DNA from: Nageia nagi
Lineage: Eukaryota; Plantae; Pinophyta
Length of the DNA: 64,000 nucleotides
Direction of reading: 5' to 3'
Assembly (NCBI GenBank): GCA_050084985.1
Contig: JBITNC010000001.1
Coordinates: forward strand, 57,288,001-57,352,000
The notes beneath the pieces are model-generated. The model was not told the origin of the DNA and did no database searches. It worked only from the letters and a program-made list of their open reading frames with translations. How positions within the stretch are numbered: position 1 is the stretch's first letter; every line of letters begins with the position of its first letter. Below, piece after piece: positions 1-11,961 of this stretch. A program made the translations under genes and the position numbers.

Positions 1-1317
1 TCTCTGTCTTCTTCAGCTCCTTTGGGCCATTAATTTGTTTGTCAAATTTGGACTTCACACTTTCATTATGTCTATGTTGTTTGCATCTATGAAATGATGA
101 TTAATAATTGATGTTAACCTTAATATAAGATGAGCTTACTTTGATAGATAAAATCTTTTTCATGACATTTTAACTTCATCAATTTAAAAACAATACTCTG
201 AATATCTTGAATAGTAGACAATGTCATTTAATATCAAATCACTATCGAATTATGCGAAATATGATAGAATTGTAGAGTGAAAAGTTGACAATATATCAAA
301 TGCTAATGAAATACCCAAAAGACGAGGTGTTTAATAATGAATTATAGAACTTTTTTAAATATGCTTTTGATTATCCACCTAAGTAAAACAACGTCAATCA
401 AGTCAAAATAAACCTTTAATCGATTCAATTAAAACCCATAGTTTATCTTTTAAAAATTAAAACTTTAATAGATAAAATATATGATAAAACTTCGTTGGTT
501 GATAAAAATTATCATTAAGCAAGCAAAAATATGCGATATATAAGATCAAAACATATATACAAATCCAAATTATCACATAGGATTCATTTTAGTCCTAAGG
601 GGGCAGTGCAATGGTTATCTCGTACTCTGTTTACAGCTGTCAGGTGGACGTTGAAGCTGTTAAAAGTTACACCTGCTGGTTACCATGAGGGGGTTCCTGA
701 AATAGTTTGCTTCACGATTGAATCCAAAAAAAAGAATTCATTCTAACATCCAATTCTATAAAGTATATAAATAATGTAAATTATAGACATTTGTCTAATT
801 TTATATAATTTTAATTTTTATTAATTCGAAAGCAATCTATTGTGAGCTAAGCATACTCCACAAACAAATGGGAGACTTCAAGATGGGTTATTGTCACAGA
901 CAGATCCAGGTTCAAATCTCAATGGCTTCCATTGAGACCTATGTGAGAGAGTGAGGATGGACTGATTCACCAAGAAAACAAATTGAACAATGGACAATGT
1001 ATTAAAAGTTAACCTGACATTCTGCATTGTACAATAACTGTGGCAACCAATTAAACTATAATCTATACAGAGATCTAAATGTAAGGAGCTTACCAATAAA
1101 ATATATCTCAATTCTCTCGACAAGCTAACTACCATACCATCAAATCTCTCCCCATCAAAGCTTGTTGCTTAGCCAATCAAGAAGATAACGGCTTTTGCAT
1201 TGCTGTAGTGGCAAAGAAAGATCTCACATTATTCCTTCGACAGCATCCCATGGGATAATATACTGATATGAAATAATGAAACCAACATGTTGCTTGTATG
1301 CCTGCTCTTGGCAGTCC

Positions 1318-2154
1318 TTACTTGCTTATTTCAGTTCCTACTGGCCTCTTGTATGTGTACCAATGTGCAATAGCAAGATAAGCCAAAAAGTTCAGAGCGC
1401 TGAGATGGCCAACAACCAATAAAAGTAATCAATATGTCCGTAGTTCAGGTTATCAGGAATCCATCCCTGCTTTCCATTCTTTGTTGTAATATCAGATACA
1501 ATTGTAACAAGTAGACTGCTCAAGTAGTTCCCTAATGCCACGGTAGTAAGTGAAAGTGCACTCATCAAGCTTCTCATAGCATCAGGTGCTTGGTCGTAGA
1601 AGAACTCTAGTTGTCCTATAAATGTGAAAACTTCAGCAGCACCTATCAAGAAATATTGTGGAACTTGCCAAAAAATGCTTATGGGTACATGATCCAATTC
1701 ATAATAGTTATGCTTCTTGACAATGTCAAGTCTCTTGATCTCAACAATTGCTGCAACCGCCATGGAAAAAATAGAAATAACCAAGCCGATCCCCATACGT
1801 TGCAGTTGTGTAAAGCCTCTTTGATTCCCAGTGAATTTGCGTACAATTGGAACAATGAGACGGTCATAGACCGGAACCCAAAATATGACACTCAGAGTAT
1901 CAAATATAGACAATGATGCTGGTGGAATGTCGAAATCGCCAATTTTGATATTCATAGTATCACCTTGTAACACAAACAGTGTACTCATTTGACTGTAGAC
2001 AGTGGCAAATATAATCCCTGATGCCCAAATTGGAAGAATCCTTATAACTGCTTTAAGCTCCTCCACTTGAGTCACAGTGCAAAGTCTCCACGGGGTAAAG
2101 GAGCCTGCTTCATTTTTATCATTTCCAGTCTCTACTGCAGCTTTATCCAGAAAG
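1318..2154 (-). CDS. NPF8: NPF8 last coding exon (C-terminal MFS half), with frameshift near 1404
   Basis: Acceptor CTGCAG|C TTT CTG GAT AAA (FLDKAA). The frame stops at TGA 1394-1392 as written; the shifted frame continues [28 protein letters not shown] to TAA 1320-1318. Confidence 0.92.
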
Positions 2155-5100
2155 CTGCAGTCATAAAAATGCTGTTAGATGCTATTCCCATGAATAAATA
2201 TATTGTTTCTTATGACCCAAGCGCACTATAAATTGCTTGGACTTGCTAAGTACTAAAGATTTGTCACATGTGAAATGAAATACAAATATCAGAGCACAAA
2301 TACTAAAATGGTTAAGTACAATATGCAGCAGTTTGTTAACATTCGTAAGTAGAATGTAAAGTGCTTTTTAGAAAACTTCACACAATAACAGTTTGAATAA
2401 CGTGATGGTACAAGTAGTAGCTCATATAAAGCTACCATATCTCATTGAATGAAATACATAACAAACACTTGGAATATAAGGTACAAGGTCAGAAGAATAG
2501 AGATGCTCTACTAACTTTATGAATTCCACCATCTATCCCTGCATAATCAAGTAAATGAATTAATTTCTTTGTATCTAAACATTGTGGTGTTACGAATATC
2601 ACTCTAGTTGAACACCAGATCTTGCATGTGATTCAGTTGCTGTCTGCAGCCTTCTAAAAAAGTGAATTAATGTACCAATGGCATCTGATCTTGGGTAGGG
2701 TGGGGTCAAGTACACCTAAAATGAAGTAGATACTGCTCTTTAATATTTTTCAAATATTCAACAGTTTCCTTTGTTGATGCAACAGGCAGGTTGATAAAAT
2801 AAGTATACAGTAATAAACAAATTTTGTTAAGAGTTTGTAAGATACAAACACACATGCATTTACCTGGTTCTTCAAACCCTTTTATTGCTGCTATTAACTC
2901 AGGAGACTTATGCATTTACCAGGTTTTTCAAACTCTTTTATTGCTGCCACTAAATCCGGAGTTTCTATTGTTGATATGAGTTTTTCAAGGGTATAAGGAT
3001 AATGGTTTTTGGTCCTCACTCCTCAGTGCAAATGTATTTTCACCAATTTACATGATTTTAACCTATTTTGGCAATTTGTAGACTGGACCAAGATCTAGAA
3101 ACAGTAGCTGCATCAGAAATTTACTAAAGGTTAAAGCTGACATGCCTACAATGAAATGTTTTCCAACAAAATAAAGCAGAAAATAATGAAATCCTCATAG
3201 ATAACATTAGAGGCATTTATACACTGCATTCTCACAGGGACTTGTTGTAATCAAGCCACAGGCCTCTTCTGCATCTCCTTATTAAATATTAGTCTGCGTT
3301 CATAGTACGACTTCTTTGTCTGAAATAGGTGTTTGAGCTGCTAGCTTCAATGGTATTAAAGAAACCAAAAATATATAACTTCTTATAAAACAAAAATGTT
3401 AAGTTCTATTCGATATGAATTCAAGTTCTTTTAATTCTATGAATGGGCAATTGCTTAAATCAACTTAAAAAGATTTTAAAGGGGATTTTATATTGATCTT
3501 ACGAGAACCCTTCCGTGTGATCCAATTTCCGACTTCCTTTGATAGCAGATTCCTTATCTTGAACTTCATAAAGTAAAGATTTATCATCCGGTACCCGAAC
3601 ATGCCATTTTCGAAATGATGCAACTATGCTTTGGGCAATTCGGGTCAAAGGACTGCCTCCTGGCTTTTGATGTCGGTACAATTTCGTGCCTGAAAAAAAG
3701 CTACATATTGCCACTGCCATAGCCACTGTAGGAACTCCGAAACCCCATCCCCAGCCAACATTATCTTGAATCCAAACAAGAACACTGGACGATATGAGTG
3801 CACCAATGTTTATGGAAAAATAAAACCAATTGAAAAAGGAGCTCTTTTTCTTCTTTTCTTTATCATCCATTTCATCAAATTGGTCAGCACCAAATGATGA
3901 GACACATGGCTTGATACCACCAGTTCCAAGTGCAATAAGGTAAAGTGACAAAAATAAAACAGCAGTTTGGGATGTCGATGCATGACAGTTGGTGTCTAAA
4001 TCGTTCAGGCAGGGTGGCTTTAGTTTAGACACAGATGCAGACATGGTCAACAAGGCCATTCCCTGAAAAGTTACACAAAAAACTTCAGTTATATGTGCTT
4101 CCTAGTTCAGAAAAGCCCTATACCAAAAATGTGGTAAACACCTATATTGGCCAAAGGGGAAGGTTGCTTATATGTATTTAAGAATTAGCAACTTAATAAA
4201 TGAAAAATCTGGTTAAAATTCAAACATAACTTACCAAAAAATAGATAGTAGAAAAAATAGCGATTATCCAATATCGCCCCAAATATGCATCAGCTAGAAA
4301 AGCCCCAAGCAGAGGCATTATGTAACAAGTTCCTGACCAGTTGTTGACATTTTTCGATGCAGCAGCACTGCCCTGATTTAAACCCTTTTTTAAATAGTTC
4401 ACCAAGTTCGTACTGATCCCATAGTATGCTAATCTCTCACAACATTCATTACCTGCATCATAAATGAGTTGTTAGACCCCACAATTGCTGGTACTTGGAA
4501 CAAACAAGTCAATGTCATGTCAATGTGAACATGAATATATTTGAAAATTACATCTGAACAGTATGTCATATCTACATGCTTTTTAATTGAAAAAATATAG
4601 TGATTTCAATAAAATAGTGTGACATTTACCCAAAATAAATGGGCAAGCCTTCCAGCCCCCTGATTTTTTCTTGTTTGCTGGATTTCCACGAATATCCACA
4701 GATCCATCCTTAGTATATTCATCATCTGCATATTGTGTATCAGCCCTACTGTTTTTTTCCTCGGTCTTGATCTGCAAATTGATTTTATCATGAATCCATA
4801 AACACTGGATATGTTTGATGTTGAGTGTGTTCAATATATCTGAACTATGTTATTATTAGTACCAAACAAAATGTGGATATTATTCAAGGAGCTATTCAGA
4901 AGCAACACAAATAGAATCTTCTCAACAAATTGGTATTAAACAGAACTCTCTTCCTAGGAGATTATTCAAACATCAAAGAGTACCATGGTCAACGTCATTG
5001 CCATGCAGTAAGTGTGAACATAAGAACATATGTACATACATTTTACCATGAGGGTCATAGATATGGTTCAGACACAAGTTATGGATAAATTTCATTAAAT

Positions 5101-8100
5101 AAACATCACTAACCTTACAGGCACCAGAATTCAGATGGAATAACAGTGATTGACCAAGTCAGTAATAGCTTAATCCTCTCCAACCATTTTTGGCATCAAT
5201 GGCAGTCTAAGGGAAATTCCAACTAGTCTACATAGAAATGACAAGGGAAAGGTAATGTAGAAAACATACTATTCAAAACATCAAATGCCCTAGAGTATCT
5301 ATGTTTTTTCCCAAAAATTTAAAATGCAGAGTAAAACATTTGTCTGAAGACAACAGGGTGAATATAGTTTCAATTCTATAAATGTTCATACATGATGAGA
5401 GTCTGTGAAGCAAGGTTGTCAATTCAATTTTGCATATGTGTAGCCTGTCATATTTTCAATTGATATAAGGCAAAAATTGAATTGACATTTTTAATTTCAG
5501 AATATCCATAGGAATTGGTCTATCAGACCATATTATGCAAAAATGTTATTTGTTTGTACTAGCTAGCACTTCCTATTCTCTATTTGATTGAATTTACAGT
5601 TATTTATCAATTTTATGTCAAAAGGTTTTACAAGGTACTTGTTTGCAATATGACAAGAGAGTTCAGTCTTAGTTGGATTATATCGTAATGAGAAAAATGC
5701 CTCAATATTTTCTTTCCTCATCATTGACTAGTTAAACAATTTACAACGTCCGCTTTGATCTATTCATTCATGAGAGAAATGTTAGTAAAATATCTGTTCT
5801 TTGGCAGTTGGTTATTTTGGATAGATTTTTGGATTTTCCAATTGTTATACTTGTACGATATCTTATACATTGTTGTTTGTCATAGTGTGAGGTCAAAGAT
5901 TACCATGCTTATAACGGTAAAAGTTTTACATCCAAAGAAAATATCAAAGCATCTGCATTTGGGATCGTTTTTGCAAAACCCAGAAGTTAATCTAGTCACA
6001 AGGTGGGGGGGAGTTAACAGAACATCAGCTTATAATCATGATTGTCACGTAGAAAGTTCTTGGCAGTCCAAAATCATTGTAATTAGACGTTATTGGAGTT
6101 TTCCACCTCTCCAAGAGTTGTACTTGAAGTCGCTCAAATTCACATTTTATTCCTAGCTGTAAGTTAGTCCTAGCTATGTAATAGCTGATTTTCTTGCTGA
6201 AGTAATAGATAATTAGATAGGCTAAAACATAGGAGGGAGATTTCAAAGCCCAGTGTTACAAGTTTGAATTCCTTTTCCAAAATGAAAATAGTTTGTATCT
6301 CTTACTTCCAGCATAGAAGTTCTTATGTAAACTTTTTGGAAAGAATTTCAACATCTTTAATCCTGTGTCAGAGTAATTAAGCAAGATAACTCATGTGCCC
6401 TGTGCTACCAGCATCACTAAAAAGGTTTTTGAAGCAGAGATACGGAATAATAAGGTGAACATGAAGTTGTTATCTCACTTCTTTCAAAATTGTTATTCAA
6501 TTAAATTGAATGGAACTTCGAAGGACTGCTACATCAGGCCAAATAAATGCCCTAATACATCATTTCGACTTGAATTTTAACCATGGTGATTATCATAACC
6601 ATGGTCAGGCAAGCCACTTCTCTATCCCAGAGTTTGTTTGCAGAATTTGTTCTTGTTTCTGTATCAATGACAATTAGCATAATTTTAGGAACTTCCTTTA
6701 GAAAAGGCAAACCTAACTTAAGGTGAAAATGTAGTTTATGGATCTTCAGAATCATAGATACATCCCCTATATAATGCTAAAAATTGAAATGTATAATTAT
6801 ACAGAAATCTCTTAGAGAAACAAAACAGTATAATCAGTTCCAAATCTGTATATGGAATAGTTATGTCAAAATTGGAGATGGCAGGTAATAGATGAAGGCT
6901 GAATTTCATTTCCTGTTCCTCTCTTCCCGAAAGTTCCAAAATAAAAATAATAAAACTTTTTAAAATTTTCTTGGAATTTGTCAATTCTTGCAAATAAAAT
7001 CTAATTGTTTTTTCTTTCAAATCGTAAATAAATATAATAACTGCAGAGTTAGGGAAAAGTTTGAATCTACCACTCTCCAAGATATCCATTATTGAACTGT
7101 TGCAGCTAAAGTAGCCATATCAACAAGCTTTACGAGCCTGGTGTCTCAACCTTCTAATACTCATCATTTTCATATCAAAGGAAAGAAGTTGCCTTCAGAT
7201 TCTCAAAAGTAACCGCAAAAGCGGGCATTGAGTTGCATTAATCTATATGATCCTAGAGTTTATTCAATATTGTCTTTATTCTCAACAATAAAGTACAGTG
7301 ATTGAAAATTAAATATAAGGAAAAAGTAAAATATAATTAAAACTTATCAGAACAACTATCTAGTTGTGGATGAAACGAATTTGGAAAAATAATGATATAT
7401 TCACATGTGATAAAGTGGTATAAGGCAGAAAAGTCTCTAGTGCATGCTCACTAGCTTGGAAGGGTAAAATTGCACTTAGAAACTACACATGCATATATAC
7501 AAACTACTGAATTAGTTCAAAAGCTCTAAAACACAGATCTAGAGACAGGCCCTTAAGCCATGACTAATACCTAAATAAAATTTACCTTTGGCAGAATATG
7601 AGAATGTGAACCATTTACCTCCATGGGGGAAGCTCAACAACTGCATTAGTTTTGAAATGGTTGATTGTAACTTATGATCTATGCATGCATAACTATAAAG
7701 TCTTGCACTAGTTCAAAAACACCCATGACCATACTAGCTTGGAATTGTTAGCACTCATGAACTAAGCACGCATAAATATGAAATCCCGAACCAGTTCCAA
7801 AACCCCCAAACACAAATCTAGAGCTAGCATCTTCAGCCCTAACCAGTAACTTTATAAAATTTACCTTTGGCAAAATATGACAACATGGACCACTTACCCC
7901 AAAGGAGAAGTCCTGTGAGTGAATTACAATGAATCAAGAGCACTCAAATCACTAATACATTTGAATCATGGAATGCGAGGCAAGAAATGGCTATTTTTGG
8001 GAATTTCATTGAACTTCAACACAAAAAGGTTCATGCCTGAAAAGACTTCAATGCTCAAGAACCTGTTATGGTCCGCTTTCGTTTGATGCAAAGTTACAAA

Positions 8101-8647
8101 GTCCAAAACTAGTTAAAATATGCCCAAACACAGACATCAAGTACATCAAGGTTTAACCCTTACCTACCACCATCAAAGTTGCAGTTTAAACAAATGTAGA
8201 GAAACTTGGAAATAATTGAAATCCATAAGCAATGGCCTATAAACGATTCCTACTATAGCACATTCTTACATATCAAGAGTTCCTGATAAAGTGAATCATA
8301 AGAATTCCAAACAAGAAACTGGTTATTTTTCCGGCGAAACACTGAATTAGCCCATTTCCACTTGAAAATTATACATACAAACATACAATGTCTACCCACA
8401 AAATTCAACACGCTAGACAGTGACAGACTCCATGGAAAACACACTAGAGCATTGCCAAGTATCATGAATACCCAACTCCGAAAAAGGTAGACTTGGATCA
8501 TAACCGTAATTTTATAACTGCCCAAAAAAAAAAAATCAGAAATCGCAGCAATAACTCAAATAGCATTCAGAAATACAGAAAAGCTATAGTTATGACCTGA
8601 AAGCTTTTATGGGCATGGTGAGTTACCTTAGAGTTATGATCTTCCAT
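1318..8647 (-). CDS. NPF8: NPF8/PTR-family (POT, MFS) proton-dependent oligopeptide/nitrate transporter; model join(8647-8627,4771-4630,4452-4235,4062-3503,2154-1318), about 592 aa if the 1-bp deletion near 1404 is corrected (567 aa as written)
   Basis: Translation shows DGSVD..G.PA.K..GGWKAC, the proton-coupling motif [12 protein letters not shown] (ExxER), [86 protein letters not shown]. All introns are GT-AG with compatible phases (0,1,0,2). Confidence 0.93.
2853..2965. repeat. About 56-bp tandem duplication in the last intron
   Basis: ATGCATTTACC.GGTT.TTCAAAC.CTTTTATTGCTGC occurs twice. Confidence 0.8.
3503..4062 (-). CDS. NPF8: NPF8 constant exon
   Basis: TTTCAG|GGA ATG ... GGG TTC TC|GTAAGA; contains GTGGIKPC and FFNWFYF motifs. 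Confidence 0.95.
4235..4452 (-). CDS. NPF8: NPF8 constant exon with ExxER motif
   Basis: ATGCAG|GT AAT GAA TGT TGT GAG AGA ... TTT TTG|GTAAGT. Confidence 0.95.
4630..4771 (-). CDS. NPF8: NPF8 first constant exon (IKTEEK...KACPFILG); phase-0 acceptor, no internal in-frame ATG
   Basis: TTGCAG|ATC AAG ACC GAG ... ATT TTG G|GTAAAT; an upstream ATG exon is required. Confidence 0.88.
7450..7912 (-). repeat. Diverged about 280-bp tandem duplication in NPF8 intron 1; each copy ends in a CCAAAG|GTAAAT donor (candidate small exons 7624-7586 and 7912-7865)
   Basis: Shared blocks ACTAGCTTGGAA, AAACACA.ATCTAGAG and AAAATTTACCTTTGGCA.AATATGA at about 279-bp spacing. Confidence 0.7.
8627..8647 (-). CDS. 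Candidate first coding exon V1 (MEDHNSK), phase 0
   Basis: ATG GAA GAT CAT AAC TCT AAG|GTAACT, with TATATAAA about 112 bp upstream. Confidence 0.72.
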
Positions 8648-8758
8648 CGGAGAATTTCCTCTCAGAGCACAGGCAGTGAATGGAAACTTAAAATAAAGAA
8701 CTCAACAGTCCAAGCAAGGTTGTGGGACACAATACCCTATTGCTTCAAGCGTTGCATG

Positions 8759-8766
8759 TTTATATA
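8759..8766 (-). promoter_or_regulatory. TATA box (TATATAAA) for exon V1
   Basis: Consensus TATA on the minus strand about 112 bp upstream of the ATG at 8647. Confidence 0.55.
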
Positions 8767-8848
8767 TTATTCAATATTGATCCTAAATTGATCAATTGAG
8801 AAGTTGCTGAACCGTCCACATGTTGATCATTCAGCTTAGGTTGTGGGT

Positions 8849-8990
8849 GTTCTAAATTTGAGCCTTCTATATCTAACACTGGCAGAAATAGAGACTCCCG
8901 TCAATGCATGAGAAGTGGTTGTTCTAAATCTGAGCCTTCTATATTTAACTAACACTGGCAAAAATAGAGCTACCCGTCAAAGCATGAGAA
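8849..8990. repeat. About 72-bp tandem duplication in the proximal promoter of exon V1
   Basis: GTTCTAAAT.TGAGCCTTCTATAT...CTAACACTGGCA.AAATAGAG...CCCGTCAA.GCATGAGAA occurs twice. Confidence 0.85.
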
Positions 8991-11720
8991 TACAAAAGTG
9001 AAGACTTCCGAGGGTGAATTCAAATCGAATTCGAATATAAGTTTTTTACTGTTTCCTAAATATAAAAAAGTCTATATCTTCAATTACGTGCTGTGGAACT
9101 GGTTTCAAAATGTCTGTGCAGTCAAGGAATCTCATCACCATGAGTATGAAAAGAGTTGTCAAGCTCCAAACTCGAGAGGTGAAGTTGGAGTTGTTGAGAG
9201 TGGATTTGCTCCTGAATGATTGGGTGATCGTCATCACCTTTATCAAAAAGCACTTATTGTTGAGAAAATAACTTTCTCAACTTTTCACACCGGCCTAAAT
9301 AGATGAAAGTAAGATTCACAATATCTATGATTGATAAAATAAGTATTATAGATTTTTTTTTAATTATTTTTTTTGGGAGAAAAGTTTTTAGAATTAGATT
9401 TTATATGTATGGTTTTCTTCGAGAAAAGTTATTTGATACGCGTGCGTACTGGATTGAATTAAGTATATTTATAACATGTGAAAGGGAAGAGATTGGAATT
9501 TGAGATCTTCTTTTTCCAACTTGAAATTTTAACAACTATTTGCCTTTAACTCCTTTTACATATTTAGATATATTCATATATTTATCTTTGAAAATAAAAT
9601 ATTTTTAAAAAATCTAACAAAATATTAAATATACCAAATTTGTGTACTAGATTTCTTCAATATAATATAATACATATCATAATAATATCCCACATGTAGA
9701 CTTTGTAAAACAAGTCCATATATATCCTTCGTCTTTTAAGCAACAAGTTCCATGTCCTATGTCCCATTTTTTTTTGTCAAGGGCCATTATTTCTTCATCC
9801 ATGGCCTTTTTCAAGAACTTAGATTCTTTTGATTCACTTACCTCTTAAATTATTTGGGTTCATCATCATTAGTAAACAAATAAATGTAGAAAGATAAATA
9901 TAGATGAACTATACATTTGAGGTTATCTTCTCATACAACTTGATCTTTCCAATTGACTATCTTGGAATTCCCTTATCAATAAAGAAATTCAAACAAGATT
10001 ATTGGAAACTATTACTAGATATATCGTACTCCAAAATATCTCATTATACTCATAGATGGTAAGTTTGAGAAGCATGTTGATTATGTTAAAGATAATCTTA
10101 TAAGTATTACATATTTATAATTTTCAATCATTAAAACTCTAATGAAAATTTTGAAAGACTTGGATAAAATTATGAAGTATTTTTTAATGGTCAAATCTTC
10201 AATAAAATTAAAAAAAAAATACCTTAATTAACCAAGATAAAATTTGACAACCTAAAAACTAATGAAATAGAGATGAGATCATTAATAATCTTAAATAATC
10301 ACTCATTAATTGTAAAACTCTATTCACTACACAATATCATTATAGTGGTGCATTCTAGCAATTAAGTATTTCCCTACAACGCCTTTAAAAGGTGGATGAA
10401 GATGGTTCAATTATGAGGACCTTGAAATTAGGCACACCAATGAAAAAGAAATCTCTCTTTTCACACTGGGTAAAGACTAATAGGCGATATTTTGAAAGGA
10501 CCCTTGGGTCCAAGTCGAACCATTTATTATTCAATTTCAAAATATGACAAATCTAAAAGTTACCTTTTAACAACATGGATGAATACAAGTCCACTACAAC
10601 CTCAAATAATTAGAATAGCGTACATCTTTGATCCATTAATGTTGATCTTCAGAAGAATGGTTAGTGGACGTTCATTGAAGATAGAAAGAGCAATTTTAAA
10701 CGTTTTACAAACTAAACAGATTGAAGTAAACTAAACATTCATATCCGAAATGCTGTCACATGGCTTATAGTCCTGCCGACACGCGTTTAACATAATACGC
10801 CGTAGCTCATCAATCATATGCAAACAACAATCTTTTCACAAATAATAAGGAAAGAGCAATCATTTATAAACAATATAGCGTTGGAGCAAAGCCAGGGCCG
10901 TATTGAAATTTAGACCGTGGTATGATTAAAGGAGTTTGAGTTTGAAAAGAACTCTCCAATGTTGACGTCCAATTTCAAGTAGTGGAGGTTAGAAAGTGCT
11001 GTCAAATGTTGATGGGCACTCTCAAAATGGCCATTAATTAAAAGCTAGACTAACGCATCAAATTTATCTTCATCTTGCTTCGTGGCCTAACCCTAATTGA
11101 GTTTCATCCACAACTGTTGGCTAAATTCAAAGGAAAATGTTTACCAAGAGCCTTTTCTAGCATGGTTTCTCCTACCAAGTAAACAAATCTTGATTTAAAA
11201 TATGATTGCCTTTGTAAATCTAATTTTGTATTTAGCTTTTGCAAAATCTTTGAACTTAAGGAGCATAGCAGGTCTCACAGTAGGATTCATCAGTCAAACA
11301 CTTGATTTCCATGTGACCTTATAAAAGATCTTGTACATTAAAGGTAAATATATGGGATCTTAAAAAGAGGCTTTGTGAAGGTGGAAACACAAGTGGATGA
11401 TGTTCTCCTGGAAAGGCAGACCATGTGGGCTTGAAACAATCATACAACATCATTTTACCCAAAAACTCCATGAATTCTTTGGCAGGTTTGACAAATTGAC
11501 TGGAGATTTTACTGAGTTCGTATTCGAATGGACCAGTTCAATGTTCGTCATCAAATTCTATATTGAAAAAGCTAGTAAAGTATCTTTTGCTCTGCATAAT
11601 TGAGCTCCAAGTGGACCAACTTAGTATTCATTGTGGTTGTCACTGAAATTTTATTTTCTTCAAACAAGAAAGACATTGCTGCAGTAACTAATTTTTGCTT
11701 AAGAGACTCTAGAAGCTTAC

Positions 11721-11810
11721 CTCTCCATCCAAGCTATTTTCATCATCTCTCCTCTTCTGCAAATCCGTATATTCTGCTGATAGATTATCAGGAGCAGCAT
11801 TACTGGCCAT
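11721..11810 (-). CDS. Candidate alternative first coding exon A1 (MASNAAPDNLSAEYTDLQKRRDDENSLDGE), phase 0
   Basis: ACG ATG G context, 90 nt open, GAG|GTAAGC donor; paralogue A2 differs only by frame-preserving indels. Confidence 0.7.
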
Positions 11811-11954
11811 CGTTAGTGGTAGTCCGTTTAATGAAGTTGAATTACCAGATTGAAGCAATGGATTCCTAGTAGAGATTTGGGATTTTTATTATAGCCCAAT
11901 TGAAGGGCGGTCACTATGGTGATCGAAACGTGACTTGCGATGTGCTTGGTAGGA

Positions 11955-11961
11955 TTATATA
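11955..11961 (-). promoter_or_regulatory. TATA box (TATATAA) for exon A1
   Basis: About 145 bp upstream of ATG 11810, inside CpG-retaining sequence. Confidence 0.5.

Noticed and set aside
2853-2965. Intronic tandem repeat with donors (CTG|GTAAAT, CAG|GTAAAT) as alternative coding exons
   Set aside because: In the phase-2 host intron the 45-nt candidate reads into TGA; at most a poison exon, with no support.
4583-4834. ORF-track extension MNTLNIKH... as the NPF N-terminus
   Set aside because: Starts at TTG, not ATG, and runs through a clear TTGCAG acceptor at 4772; intronic read-through.
5114-5206. Exon-like segment TTAG|...AAG|GTTAGT in intron 1
   Set aside because: Stop codon in phase 0 and its ATGs terminate quickly; not a coding cassette.
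11135-11163. ATG CTA GAA AAG GCT CTT G|GTAAAC as another first exon
   Set aside because: Phase-1 donor, incompatible with the phase-0 constant acceptor; no paralogue.
11397-11869. Plus-strand ORFs in the duplicated region
   Set aside because: Frames are not conserved in the second copy; antisense to exon A1 and its intron.
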